Below the pieces are notes generated by a model. That model was not told where the DNA came from. It saw only the letters and a program-made list of their open reading frames with translations, and did no database searches. This document shows positions 1 through 9,646 of a stretch of DNA of 64,000 bases, one piece after another; within the stretch, counting starts at the first letter, position 1; each line of letters begins with the position of its first letter. The translations under genes were made by a program, and so were the position numbers. The DNA lies in the NCBI GenBank assembly GCA_040830765.1, contig JBFOMH010000021.1:32001-96000 (forward strand), written 5' to 3'. The DNA comes from Puniceicoccaceae bacterium. Lineage in GTDB: Bacteria > Verrucomicrobiota > Verrucomicrobiia > Opitutales > Oceanipulchritudinaceae.

Positions 1-71
1 AACCGTCGCTCTATGCTGCCATCATCGGCCTCGCAGGATTGGCCTTTGTGTTCCTCCGTCGCCGCAAGTAG
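1..71 (+). CDS. 3' end of a PEP-CTERM sorting domain protein (partial)
   Basis: Frame from base 3 reads PSLYAAIIGLAGLAFVFLRRRK* (TAG 69-71): end of a PEP motif, hydrophobic helix and basic tail. Not in the ORF track. Confidence 0.85.
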   Translation, partial: PSLYAAIIGLAGLAFVFLRRRK

Positions 72-104
72 GCTTCGGTAGAATCTGACTTGATGCCTTT
101 GGCC

Positions 105-139
105 GGGCGGCCTCCCAAGTGGAGGTCGCCCTTTTTTTT
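105..139 (+). terminator. Rho-independent terminator
   Basis: GGGCGGCCTCC-caagt-GGAGGTCGCCC hairpin followed by a T-run, between convergent genes. Confidence 0.85.
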
Positions 140-995
140 AATCCTTGGGAATGTAGGTCCAGGCGCCAGACCCGGTTACGCTGTCGCCGGGGAGGTACAT
201 ATAGCGGGAAATGGAATACGACCAGGCCCATGGGTCAAATTGGACATTGAGCCAGCCGAGGAATGTGCCGGTGTCGACGTTCCCCTGCGCATCGGCAAAA
301 TAGGGGCCCCATGGGGTTCCTTCAGGGGCGAAATTGGATGCCTCGAGGGAGTTGAAAAGCGCCTCATTGGTTCCTTTGCCGGTGACCTGGTTGGCGAGTG
401 AGTACTGCGAGCGATCCCAGAGAATGAAGCGGTCAACCAAGTGGTCCCGGGAGCGGACGGACATCTGGATGGCGTATTCCTGGCCGGACTCGAGGACCCA
501 CGAAAGGGAGTGCGGATCATTGTCCTTGTTGGAAGCCTGGTGGGACCAGCCCCTGGCGTCGTTCATGTAGACCTTGTACCATGAACCCGAGGTGGCGACA
601 TTCTGGTTGGGGACCGGCGTGACCGGGTTGCCATTGCTGTCAACGAGGCGGATAAAGGAATCGTTGTTGTCCGTATTGCTGGTTCCGACCCCGATGCGGG
701 AGCGGAAGGCAAACTGGTAGGTCCCGGCGCGACTGATCCGCAGTGGATAAGTAATCGTCCCAAGATTGGGGGTATTGAATGAATTGACGTTACCCCGCAG
801 GTAACCGGTGCCCTTGAAGCCGGTGATGCTGTCACCAAAATCAAATCGCAGCCCTGAATCCTGGGTTTCGGCCTCTATGACGACGAGGCCGTCTGCTTCA
901 AGAGCTGTCTGGGCATGGCCCGTCAGGCAGAGGATCGGAGCCGCAAGGGCTGCCAGAAGAATGGTCAATTTGTTGGTCATATTGTGTTTTATCAT
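138..995 (-). CDS. Secreted protein, putative carbohydrate-binding beta-sandwich plus shared aromatic C-terminal module
   Basis: Signal peptide (LTILLAALAAPILCLTGHA|Q); 'VIEAE...GFKGTGYL' pattern resembles CBM-like jelly-roll folds; last 59 aa align with the C-terminus of 9942..11846. Start may be at 980. Confidence 0.7.
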   Translation of the reverse strand: MIKHNMTNKLTILLAALAAPILCLTGHAQTALEADGLVVIEAETQDSGLRFDFGDSITGFKGTGYLRGNVNSFNTPNLGTITYPLRISRAGTYQFAFRSRIGVGTSNTDNNDSFIRLVDSNGNPVTPVPNQNVATSGSWYKVYMNDARGWSHQASNKDNDPHSLSWVLESGQEYAIQMSVRSRDHLVDRFILWDRSQYSLANQVTGKGTNEALFNSLEASNFAPEGTPWGPYFADAQGNVDTGTFLGWLNVQFDPWAWSYSISRYMYLPGDSVTGSGAWTYIPKD

Positions 996-2284
996 TTAAA
1001 GAACTGGATGGATTGCAGTTCAATGGTGGAGCCGTTTTCTCCTGCTGAACGGAGGCGCAGGCCAATAGGGTCCGAGAGTTGAAAATCGAGTGGAGTATTG
1101 ACCGATTGCCAGTCCTTGCCGGCGACCCAGTCGAGGAAGAAGGATTGTTGTTCCGCGGGATCGCCTTGAACGGATTCAATCATCAGGACAGGATGCCGAC
1201 CTTCCGCTTTGAGCTTGATCGAAATCATGGGACGCTCATCCAGACCGTGTATTTGGGGGAAATCGATATGCCCGCCATCCTTCAGGAGGACGGCGTGACC
1301 ACTCCCGTCGAGCGGATATGTGGTTGCATGCGAACCCTTGAGGAAATCAGCGGCCGCGATTGGGCCGGCATTGGCATCATAAGCCCCGACTGCCATTGAG
1401 TTGATCCGGATGGGCTCGATTTCCCCGTTTTCCCTGTAGTGGACATAGCTGATCCAGAAGTCACGATAGTAGCGATTGCCGGAAAAGCACATTTCACAGT
1501 AGACGAAGAACCATTGACCGTTCCACTCAAAGAACGAGCCGTGCCGGCCCTGGGTCGGGCCGTGGGGCCAGGTTGATTCCCTGAAGCGGTCTTCCATCAA
1601 CCGGGGCTCGACGATGCATCCACGGTAACGGTAGGGCCCTGTAGGATTGTTGCTGGTCGCGTAGTAACTCCCCCATGACAAATAGTAGAGCCCATCCCGC
1701 TTGTGTAGAAAGACCTTGTCGTCCGTCTTGCCCGGTCCGTAGGGACCTTCCGGCTTTTCGACAGTCAGTGGAACAGGTTTCCCCTTGATGGAGAGCATGT
1801 CATCGGCCATCTCCGCGATATAATAATCCCAGACCCCGAAGAGGATGTAGACGGTTCCGTCGTCGTCCTTGAAGAAACAGGGATCATAAACTTCTGTTGC
1901 AACGAGCCGGTCATGGATGAGTGGCTGCCCGAGGACGTCCTTCCATGGGCCGACAGGGGAATCCGCAACCACCATGCCTATCTGGTGGCGGTCGTTGGGC
2001 TTGTCCACTTCGGAGAAGGCCCAGTAGTACTTGCCGTCCTTTTCAACGGCATCGGTTGCCCAGCAGCCATCAATTGGCTTTCCAATATACGTCTCCTCGG
2101 GCTTGAGGGTCGATTCCAGTTGCCAATCAAGGAGGTCATCCGACGACCAGACCTGCCAGTCGCGCATGACAAAGCGGTCACTATCGGCAGCGGCATCGTG
2201 GGAGGCATAGAGGTAGGCCCGGTCGTTGAAAATCCGGATATGCGGATCCGTGACACCTTGGCCAATTATATTAATCTGCTCCAT
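992..2284 (-). CDS. Glycoside hydrolase family 43
   Basis: GH43 motifs 'TDPHIRIF..RAYLYASHD', 'WATD', 'DPCFFKDDDG..Y', 'HGSFFEWNGQW'. Start moved to ATG at 2284 (MEQINI) to avoid overlap with the sulfatase. No signal peptide. Confidence 0.85.
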   Translation of the reverse strand: MEQINIIGQGVTDPHIRIFNDRAYLYASHDAAADSDRFVMRDWQVWSSDDLLDWQLESTLKPEETYIGKPIDGCWATDAVEKDGKYYWAFSEVDKPNDRHQIGMVVADSPVGPWKDVLGQPLIHDRLVATEVYDPCFFKDDDGTVYILFGVWDYYIAEMADDMLSIKGKPVPLTVEKPEGPYGPGKTDDKVFLHKRDGLYYLSWGSYYATSNNPTGPYRYRGCIVEPRLMEDRFRESTWPHGPTQGRHGSFFEWNGQWFFVYCEMCFSGNRYYRDFWISYVHYRENGEIEPIRINSMAVGAYDANAGPIAAADFLKGSHATTYPLDGSGHAVLLKDGGHIDFPQIHGLDERPMISIKLKAEGRHPVLMIESVQGDPAEQQSFFLDWVAGKDWQSVNTPLDFQLSDPIGLRLRSAGENGSTIELQSIQFFK

Positions 2285-2300
2285 CGAGTTTGCGGGCGGC

Positions 2301-3854
2301 TTAGCTGTCGCCTTGATAGAGTCTCTTGTTGAAAGCCTGCTGGCTCCGGTCGTCTTCCATTCCTTTCCAGAAGGTGTAGTCGCCCATCTGTTCCGGAAGC
2401 CCTTCCGGTTCATCCTGGAAAAGGAGCTCCGCATCCGGATCCGCCTTGAGGTAGTCACGGGTGAGGGGAGGGTGCTGAACCCAATCAATGGTTCCATCCT
2501 TGCTCAGCACTGCTTCTGTATCCCCCTTTTCGGCGAGATAAGCCTGCAGGCGCAAACAGAGGTTCGCCTTCACTTCCTGGTGGGCCTCATCCCCGGCTGC
2601 ATTTCTCGTTTCGCGGGGATCATCCAGGCGGTCAAAGAGGATCTCCTTTTCCTCTCCCGCCGAGTAAATGTATTTCCAATCCCGGTCAGCAATCAGATAG
2701 ATGGCGTTCCGGCCCTTGCCCCATTGCGAGAAGACATGAGATCTCCCACAATCGCCCCGGGCAACATCCGCCAGGTCGAGACCGTCCACATCTTCTGTGG
2801 CAATGCCGGCGGCTCCGGTCATGGTGGGAAGAACGTCCACCAGGCTGGCCGGCTCCATGCATCGGGCCCCGGCTTCAAACCGGCCCGGCAGGCGGATGAT
2901 CATCGGAACCCGGGAGGACGGGTCGTGCATGCTTCGTTTGCCGTAGCAACCATAGTCACCGAGATATTCCCCATGGTCAGAACTGAAGATGACCAGTGTG
3001 TCGTCGAGGATTCCCAGTTGTTCCAGCTGCTCCAGCATTCTTCCAACCTGGTAATCGATGTAGGAGATGGTCGCGTAATAGTAGGCCCGGATAACTCGCA
3101 GTAAATTGAGGTCCATTCCCCGGTCCCGCCACTTGTATCGGTTTTGGGCAAGATTGATGTGAGTCAGGAGCTCCTCATGGTTTTCCGGAATCATCGGGTC
3201 CGGCATCTTGCGCGGATCATACAGCTTGGTCCACGGGGCCGGCGGAGTCAGCGGTGGATGCGGATGAATGATACTCGACATGATGCACCACGGCTGCTCC
3301 CCGTCGCTCAACTCCCGGATTTTCTCCATTGTCCGGTCGGCAACCCATTCCGTCGGGTGGGCCTCACCCTGGAACCGGGACGGCTGGGGGATATAATACA
3401 TCGGGCCCCGTTCCCCGTGCGCTTCCACCGGGCTATGCCCGTTATCCAGAAGCCATTTCCGGTAATCATCCTTCTCGTAATCGGTAACCCGTTCCTCCTG
3501 GATCAATCGCTCGGCAAAGCCCCGCTTTTCGTAGGGATCCGGAGTAAAGTGGCATTTCCCCACCGATACGGTGTGATACCCGCCGGAAGAAAGCCGGGAA
3601 GCCAGGGAGGCCCCGTTGTCCTCCATCATCCGGCCATTGACGAACAGTCCGGTCGATTGGGGATAAAGCCCATAATGCATGCAGCAACGGGCTGGTACGC
3701 AAACCGGCGAAGGCGTGTAGCAGCGGGTGAAACTGGTCCCTTCCCGTACCAGGCGGTCCAGGTTCGGGGTCTGGATGTGAGGATTGCCAAGCGCACCGAT
3801 GGTGTCGGGTCGCTGCATGTCCGTGAATATGAGGAGTATGTTCGGCTTGCCCAT
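2301..3854 (-). CDS. Formylglycine-dependent (S1) sulfatase
   Basis: 'PNILLIFTD', 'TPNLDRL', CxPxR (CVPAR), 'GKCH', 'HPP', 'SSDHG' motifs; no signal peptide. Confidence 0.95.
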   Translation of the reverse strand: MGKPNILLIFTDMQRPDTIGALGNPHIQTPNLDRLVREGTSFTRCYTPSPVCVPARCCMHYGLYPQSTGLFVNGRMMEDNGASLASRLSSGGYHTVSVGKCHFTPDPYEKRGFAERLIQEERVTDYEKDDYRKWLLDNGHSPVEAHGERGPMYYIPQPSRFQGEAHPTEWVADRTMEKIRELSDGEQPWCIMSSIIHPHPPLTPPAPWTKLYDPRKMPDPMIPENHEELLTHINLAQNRYKWRDRGMDLNLLRVIRAYYYATISYIDYQVGRMLEQLEQLGILDDTLVIFSSDHGEYLGDYGCYGKRSMHDPSSRVPMIIRLPGRFEAGARCMEPASLVDVLPTMTGAAGIATEDVDGLDLADVARGDCGRSHVFSQWGKGRNAIYLIADRDWKYIYSAGEEKEILFDRLDDPRETRNAAGDEAHQEVKANLCLRLQAYLAEKGDTEAVLSKDGTIDWVQHPPLTRDYLKADPDAELLFQDEPEGLPEQMGDYTFWKGMEDDRSQQAFNKRLYQGDS

Positions 3855-3920
3855 GGTATGAGGTCATTTGGGGATAGATATCAGCATGCCCTCCCACCAT
3901 AAGATCCCTCAATCCACTGC

Positions 3921-3937
3921 CAATAATTATTGTATGA
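3921..3937. promoter_or_regulatory. Putative operator palindrome between sulfatase and LacI gene
   Basis: Perfect 12-bp palindrome CAATAATTATTG (3921-3932); near copy ACAATAATTAATTGT at 5179-5193 upstream of the symporter. Confidence 0.4.
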
Positions 3938-4081
3938 TCGGAATTCGGCCTCGGTCTGGGACCCGATTGGCCTTCAGTCTGTTTTTGAACAGGATTGTAT
4001 TTTATAATTGTATGAACCGGACCTTTTTGCCACGCTGGGCTATTATCCCTTAACCCTTAAATCCCACTATTCCCACCTCAC

Positions 4082-5185
4082 ATGCCCCCAAAGAAGCCGA
4101 ATGGAACTCCTAATCCGGAAGGGCGACGGGTAACCGTACGCGATATTGCCAAGGAAGTTGGCTTGCACTTCACCACCGTGGCCGAAGCGCTGCGCGGTTC
4201 TTCCCGTATCAAGGAAAGCACCCGGGAGCGGGTCTTTGAAGCAGCTGACCGCCTTGGTTACCGTCCGGATCCCGTTTTGTCGGCCCTTTCCGCCTATCGC
4301 TCCTCACAATTGAGGAGCTCCTTCCAAGGCGTCATGGCCTGGATCAATGGATTTCCCGAGCGGGACTTGTTTACATCCGAAAAGTCCTTCTACGCGGATT
4401 GTTATTCGGGATCGCTGGAGCGGGCGACTTCCCTTGGCTACAATCTGGAAATGTTCTGGGTCGGGGGGTCCCAAATGACCGGGAAACGGATATCCCAAAT
4501 CCTGCAAAGCCGGAACATTGTCGGAGTGATTGTCGGCCCGATGCCTGCCATGCTCGATGAATTCCATTTGGAATGGGAACATTTCAATTCAGTTCGAATT
4601 GGCTACTCCCTGAAGGATTCGCGGATTACCACCGTTATTTCGGATCAGTATCAGAATACCCGCGGGATTGTCGAAAAGTTGCTCAAGGATGGTTTCCGGA
4701 GGATTGGATTTGCCTGCCCGCGCTATTTGGACAGCCGGGTCAGTAACAAATTCTCGGGAGGTTACTTGAGCATGATTTACAATCATTTCAATGAGCCTCC
4801 GGTACCCTTGTATCTCGACCGGGAGCCCGATGGGGACCCACCGAAATTCCTTAAATGGTACAACAAGTACAAGCCGGAGGTGATCGTCGCTGGTGGACGC
4901 TCGATTTACTACAAAATGCTGGCCGATGCCGGGATCCGGGTCCCGGAAGAAGTCCAGTTTGTAGCACTTCATGCGGAATACCTGAGCTCACCGGTGGCCG
5001 GTATCTCACAGAACGGAAAAGTTGTTGGAGCGACGGCAGTGGATCATCTCATATCAATGATCCAGGGCTTCAAAATCGGGCTCGAATCGTTTCCCAAAAC
5101 GACGATGATACCGGGCCGGTGGGTGGATGGAGGATCCTACGATCCAGCACTCTTGAAGCAGAAAGCCGATTCAATCCTACAATAA
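4082..5185 (+). CDS. LacI-family transcriptional regulator
   Basis: N-terminal HTH 'VTVRDIAKEVGLHFTTVAEALRG...LGYRPDP' followed by a periplasmic-binding-protein-like effector domain. Confidence 0.93.
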   Translation: MPPKKPNGTPNPEGRRVTVRDIAKEVGLHFTTVAEALRGSSRIKESTRERVFEAADRLGYRPDPVLSALSAYRSSQLRSSFQGVMAWINGFPERDLFTSEKSFYADCYSGSLERATSLGYNLEMFWVGGSQMTGKRISQILQSRNIVGVIVGPMPAMLDEFHLEWEHFNSVRIGYSLKDSRITTVISDQYQNTRGIVEKLLKDGFRRIGFACPRYLDSRVSNKFSGGYLSMIYNHFNEPPVPLYLDREPDGDPPKFLKWYNKYKPEVIVAGGRSIYYKMLADAGIRVPEEVQFVALHAEYLSSPVAGISQNGKVVGATAVDHLISMIQGFKIGLESFPKTTMIPGRWVDGGSYDPALLKQKADSILQ

Positions 5186-5289
5186 TTAATTGTGTCCCCT
5201 TGCCGCTCATTGAGACCTCGACCTGCATAATTCCGCGGTCGTCCTTTAAAGGCGATTAGGATGATAAACCCTCCCATTACCCACCCGAA

Positions 5290-7074
5290 ATGACACTGGA
5301 AATCGCCACATTAGGCATCTATCTACTTTTAATGCCTGTGCTTGGGTATGTATTTTCCAAGCTGAACACAAACCTGAGCGACTTTGTCCGGGGGGGCGGT
5401 CAGGGAACCTGGTGGCTCGTCGGGTCAAGTATTCTGATGTCAGGAATCAGTGCCTTTACCTTTACCGGTAATGCTTCCGCTGCCTTTGAAGCCGGCCCGA
5501 CGGTATTGATCATTTATGCCGCCAATGTGGTGGCTCTGGGCCTGGGAGCCTGGTTCCTGGGAGCCTGGTTCCGGCAGACCCGGGCCTACACCCGTACGGA
5601 CGTGGTCCGGTTGCGGTTCGGCGTGGCCATTGAACAGTTCAATGCCTACACGGTGGTTGCCCTGAACCCGATAGCGGCCTCGATTCAATTGTGGGCGCTG
5701 GCCGTATTTGCCAATTCGATTTTTGGCATCCCGGTACCCGTGGGGATCATTGTCATCGGATTAATTGTCATTTTCTACTCCACAACTGGAGGCAAGTGGG
5801 CGGTCATGGCGACGGACTTCGCCCAGAGTCTGATCCTGTTTTCCATCACGATCCTGGTGGCTGTGCTTTCGATTATCAAGATAGGCGGCTTTGGGGAGTT
5901 CTTCTCCTTCTTCGGGGATCCGCGTTTCGCGGAGGATTTCAAGTTCATCAAGGATCCGGGGGCCTTCCCAACGGATCGTTTCACCATGAAGTGGATCATT
6001 GTCATCTTCCTGATGTCAATCTACCAGCAGATCGCCTTGACCTCCGCCGACCGCTACCTGACGGTGCGGGATGGCAAGGAAGCCCGCAAGTCGGCAGCCC
6101 TGGCGGCTGTCCTGATGGCCTTCGGAGCGATGATCTGGTTTATTCCGCCGATGGTGGCGCGTTTCCTCTACCAGGACGAAATCCTTGCCCAGTCCGTCGA
6201 GAATCCCGCCAACACGAGCTATGCCTACATCGCTCAGCAAGTCCTGCCGAACGGGCTCATGGGCGTGATGATTGCGGCGATGTTCTCGGCCACCATGAGC
6301 AGCATGGATTCCGGATTGAATGCTCAGGTCGGGGTGATCGCCCGAAACATTGTCCCGGCATTGCGACGCCTCTTCGGGATCACCAAGGAAATGTCCGACC
6401 GAAGCAGCCTCATCATGTGCCGATTCCTGACCCTGATGCTGGGGCTCCTGATCATGACCTACAGTATCCTGTTTACCCTGAACAAGGAATTGATCCTCTT
6501 TGATGCCTACTTGATGGTAAACTCGATCATTGGGATCCCATTGGGCTTCCCGCTTGTCGTCGGCCTATGGATAAAGCATATCCCGCGCTGGTCATTCTTC
6601 TGGATATTCGGGGTCTGCCTGGTTCCCTCAATCTATTCATTCTATCTGAATTTTGCCCACGACATTCAATGGACCATCCAGTACCGGGCGATGTGGATCT
6701 TTATCTTCGGATTTGTCGGAACTGCGGTTTCGTTACCCTTTTACCGTTACAGCTCGAAGGAGTTCAAGGAGCTGACTGAGACGTTCTTCAAGACCATGCA
6801 CACCCCGGTCGATTTCCTCAAGGAGATCGGGGTTTCCAAGAACTACCAGCAACTGGTCATCCTCAGCCGGACCTCAATTGGGATCGGTCTGTCGATGCTT
6901 CTCTTCCTGCTTGTTCCCAACAGCTTGGGCGGCCGCATTTCGATTCTTTTCGTCGGGGGCTTTTGCCTCACGGTTGGCGGCTTGCTCCACTGGGGCTCGA
7001 GGGTGGAGAAACGCAAGTCCGAGCGCGACTCGGAGCGTCTGGCGAGTCTGGAGAACGAGAACGTGGCAGAGTAG
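5290..7074 (+). CDS. Sodium:solute symporter (SSS family)
   Basis: Many TM helices; 'SAFTFTG', 'GGKWAVMATDFAQ', 'AAMFSATMSSMDSGLN' are SSS motifs. Confidence 0.92.
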   Translation: MTLEIATLGIYLLLMPVLGYVFSKLNTNLSDFVRGGGQGTWWLVGSSILMSGISAFTFTGNASAAFEAGPTVLIIYAANVVALGLGAWFLGAWFRQTRAYTRTDVVRLRFGVAIEQFNAYTVVALNPIAASIQLWALAVFANSIFGIPVPVGIIVIGLIVIFYSTTGGKWAVMATDFAQSLILFSITILVAVLSIIKIGGFGEFFSFFGDPRFAEDFKFIKDPGAFPTDRFTMKWIIVIFLMSIYQQIALTSADRYLTVRDGKEARKSAALAAVLMAFGAMIWFIPPMVARFLYQDEILAQSVENPANTSYAYIAQQVLPNGLMGVMIAAMFSATMSSMDSGLNAQVGVIARNIVPALRRLFGITKEMSDRSSLIMCRFLTLMLGLLIMTYSILFTLNKELILFDAYLMVNSIIGIPLGFPLVVGLWIKHIPRWSFFWIFGVCLVPSIYSFYLNFAHDIQWTIQYRAMWIFIFGFVGTAVSLPFYRYSSKEFKELTETFFKTMHTPVDFLKEIGVSKNYQQLVILSRTSIGIGLSMLLFLLVPNSLGGRISILFVGGFCLTVGGLLHWGSRVEKRKSERDSERLASLENENVAE

Positions 7075-7077
7075 GGC

Positions 7078-7917
7078 CTAGCCGTCCAGCTGCTCAAGGT
7101 GCCGGTTGTAGGCAGACCATAAGGAATCTTCCATCGAATCCGAAAAATTACCCTTCAGGAAGGCCGGCCAGTATTTATCCTGGAATTGTTTCCAGGAGTC
7201 GGCTTCATTCCCGGGCAGGATCGGATAGGCGCGGATGCCGTTTTCATTGGCCGATGTCCGGTCGCCGGGCGAGTCCCCCACCATGAGGATGTTATCCGGC
7301 TGATAACCTTTGTTGAGGGCTCCCTGCAGTTGCTCGGATTTGGTCCCGGCCTCCTGACCACCGATTTCAGTAACCGATTTCAGGAGAGCTGCTTCCCCCC
7401 ATTCCAGTTCCAGGGCTTTTCGGTTGGCCGCGGAACAGACCATCAGGTCGGCCTGAATTGCTGCTTCCCGGATGGTTTCCTCTACTCCCGGGAATGGTGG
7501 GAGAAGCGGCATTCCTGTGGCGATTGCCTCGTTGACCGACTCGCTCCAGTCGAGGACCCGGTCGAGGATTGGCGCGTCCCGGTCTCTCTTGAACTGGCGG
7601 AGGGCTTCATTTGATTTTGCCATCTTTGATTGCAGCCACTCCTCAAAGGACCTCCTTTCAGGGAGCCGGTGATCGGCATGGCCTTCGAGAGCAGCTAAAA
7701 CGATATTCAGGGTCTCAAAACGATTTCGCCCACGGTTGGCCGAGTAGAGATTGGTCCGCAACCAGTGGTCCATAACAGCCTCGGCACAGGCCTGCAGATC
7801 AAAAACCTCGATCAGCTTCGGCCCAAAGAAGCGTTCATGCTTCAATCGCATGGTATCGAAAGCACAGCCGTCGGAGTCGATGGCCAGCAGGAGGGGCTTT
7901 TCGGGACAAGGGTCCAT
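7078..7917 (-). CDS. HAD-superfamily hydrolase/phosphatase
   Basis: Motif I 'IDSDG' and motif IV 'MVGDSPGD'. Start moved to ATG 7917 (MDPCPE), downstream of the GH3 stop. Confidence 0.88.
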   Translation of the reverse strand: MDPCPEKPLLLAIDSDGCAFDTMRLKHERFFGPKLIEVFDLQACAEAVMDHWLRTNLYSANRGRNRFETLNIVLAALEGHADHRLPERRSFEEWLQSKMAKSNEALRQFKRDRDAPILDRVLDWSESVNEAIATGMPLLPPFPGVEETIREAAIQADLMVCSAANRKALELEWGEAALLKSVTEIGGQEAGTKSEQLQGALNKGYQPDNILMVGDSPGDRTSANENGIRAYPILPGNEADSWKQFQDKYWPAFLKGNFSDSMEDSLWSAYNRHLEQLDG

Positions 7918-7930
7918 GCTGCTCAATCGC

Positions 7931-9646
7931 CTAGAGAACGTCGCTGTTTGCCACCGGCAGAATGCCATTGGCCGGACCGTCGGCAAAGAGGTGGTCTGCC
8001 ACAGCTTGCATGCATTCCTTGGTGTACCCCACTGAAAGAAGGACATTTTCCGCTTCCGGGGGAATGGACAGCCCGTAAGGCGTGTTGGTGACCACGATAA
8101 CGGTTTTCCCTTCCTGCCGGAGTAGTTCCTCAAGTTGTTTGCGGTTTGAACCAACTCCACGTCCGTAGTTGGAAACGAATACAATCGTATCGTACTTCTG
8201 TGTCAGGGTCTGCAACCGCTTCTCATCCTCCTCGTCTGCCCGGAGGGCAACCTCCAGGTAGACGCAATTGGGATTATGGGCGAGGCAGGCATGAAAGAGC
8301 ATACCCGGGTAGGAATAGGCATTGTTGCTGAGGGTGTACAGCGGCTCAATGACCAGGATGGGCTGGTCCTGCGGCAGGGGGAGGGCTTCCTTGCTCATTT
8401 TCAAGGAGGCGAGGGAATTTACCGCAACTTCCTTGGCCAGTTCGACAACTTCCGCTTCGTTGCCCACTGCCTCCGGATCTCCTGAGTCAGGGGTATCCTC
8501 AAAGAGGCCGTATTGCGCTTTCAAATTAAGGATGCGCTCAACCTTGGTATCCAGTTCGGCCTCCGGAATTTTCCCGGAAACAACCCAATCCATGATCTCC
8601 TGGTAGCACTCCCCGACGAAATGGTTCTGGGCCTTCATGAGGACAAGGTCCGCCCCGGCGGCCAACGACATCGCGCAGGCCGTGGGGACACCATGCCTGA
8701 GGGCAAGGCCACCCATGGTCATACTGTCGGTCGTGATGACACCTTCAAAGCCCAGTTTTTCCCGTAGTAATCCGGTCACTACAGGTTTGGAAACGGTCGC
8801 GATATGGTCCGGATCGATTGCCGGGAATATGCTGTGGGCCAGCATGATCGACGGAAGCAGGCCCTGCTGGATCAATTCCCGATAGGGGAGCAGGTCCCGC
8901 TCCCAGAGGGTTTCCAGATCGGCATGAATTTCGGGGATCTTGAAGTGGGCATCCACCGCTGAGTCGCCTCTTCCGGGGAAATGCTTGCCGGTGGCGATGA
9001 CGTCTCCTTCCCGGTAACCCCGGCACAGTTCCGCCGCCCATTCGGCAACCACTGCGGGATCGTCGGAAAAGGCACGATTGTAGACCTCCGGATTGGCGGG
9101 ATTGACCGAGACATCGAGCACCGGGCTGTGAATGTAGTTGAACCCGATGGCCCGTAATTGCCGCGCCGTGGCCAGGGCCACGCGATAAGCCATTTCCTTC
9201 TCACCAGTGGCACGTAGTCCCATCGGCTTGGGGAAAATCTTCACGTTCTTGAATACACAATTGGCCTCTGTCCCGTCACCCTCCTGATCACAACTGAAAT
9301 GGAGCGGTAATCCGGACTTTCTCGCACGAGCCACCCTCTGGAGCTCATCCAGGGTTGCCTTGTACTCAGCGGCCGTCACTTCGGGCGGTGCAATGCCCTT
9401 CTTGAAGAAGTATTGGTCGTTGCGGATGTTCACCACCACTTCGTTGGTCTCGGGATCGATGTAATCCCCGAATTCCCGGATATTCGGTGTCAGACGCAGA
9501 CCACCACATTGATACCGGGTTACGTATTCGAGTATATTCGGGGTCACCTGGGTGCCGTTGAAAGCCAGCGTCAGGACGGCACCGACCTTCTCCTCGAGGC
9601 TGAGGTTTTTGATGATCTGCGGGATATCGGGATGACTCATGGGCAT
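7931..9646 (-). CDS. Glycoside hydrolase family 3, NagZ-like beta-hexosaminidase
   Basis: 'DQEG', 'PVLDV', 'KHFPGRGDSAVDAH', 'LLREKLGFEGVITTDSM'; two-domain length; no signal peptide. Confidence 0.92.
   Translation of the reverse strand: MPMSHPDIPQIIKNLSLEEKVGAVLTLAFNGTQVTPNILEYVTRYQCGGLRLTPNIREFGDYIDPETNEVVVNIRNDQYFFKKGIAPPEVTAAEYKATLDELQRVARARKSGLPLHFSCDQEGDGTEANCVFKNVKIFPKPMGLRATGEKEMAYRVALATARQLRAIGFNYIHSPVLDVSVNPANPEVYNRAFSDDPAVVAEWAAELCRGYREGDVIATGKHFPGRGDSAVDAHFKIPEIHADLETLWERDLLPYRELIQQGLLPSIMLAHSIFPAIDPDHIATVSKPVVTGLLREKLGFEGVITTDSMTMGGLALRHGVPTACAMSLAAGADLVLMKAQNHFVGECYQEIMDWVVSGKIPEAELDTKVERILNLKAQYGLFEDTPDSGDPEAVGNEAEVVELAKEVAVNSLASLKMSKEALPLPQDQPILVIEPLYTLSNNAYSYPGMLFHACLAHNPNCVYLEVALRADEEDEKRLQTLTQKYDTIVFVSNYGRGVGSNRKQLEELLRQEGKTVIVVTNTPYGLSIPPEAENVLLSVGYTKECMQAVADHLFADGPANGILPVANSDVL

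Noticed and set aside
2285..2497. Long N-terminal extension of the GH43 ORF (likewise for HAD, oxidoreductase, tadA, sppA, DUF58, ArsR)
   Set aside because: Extensions overlap neighbouring genes or promoter/repeat DNA; downstream ATGs match the family starts.
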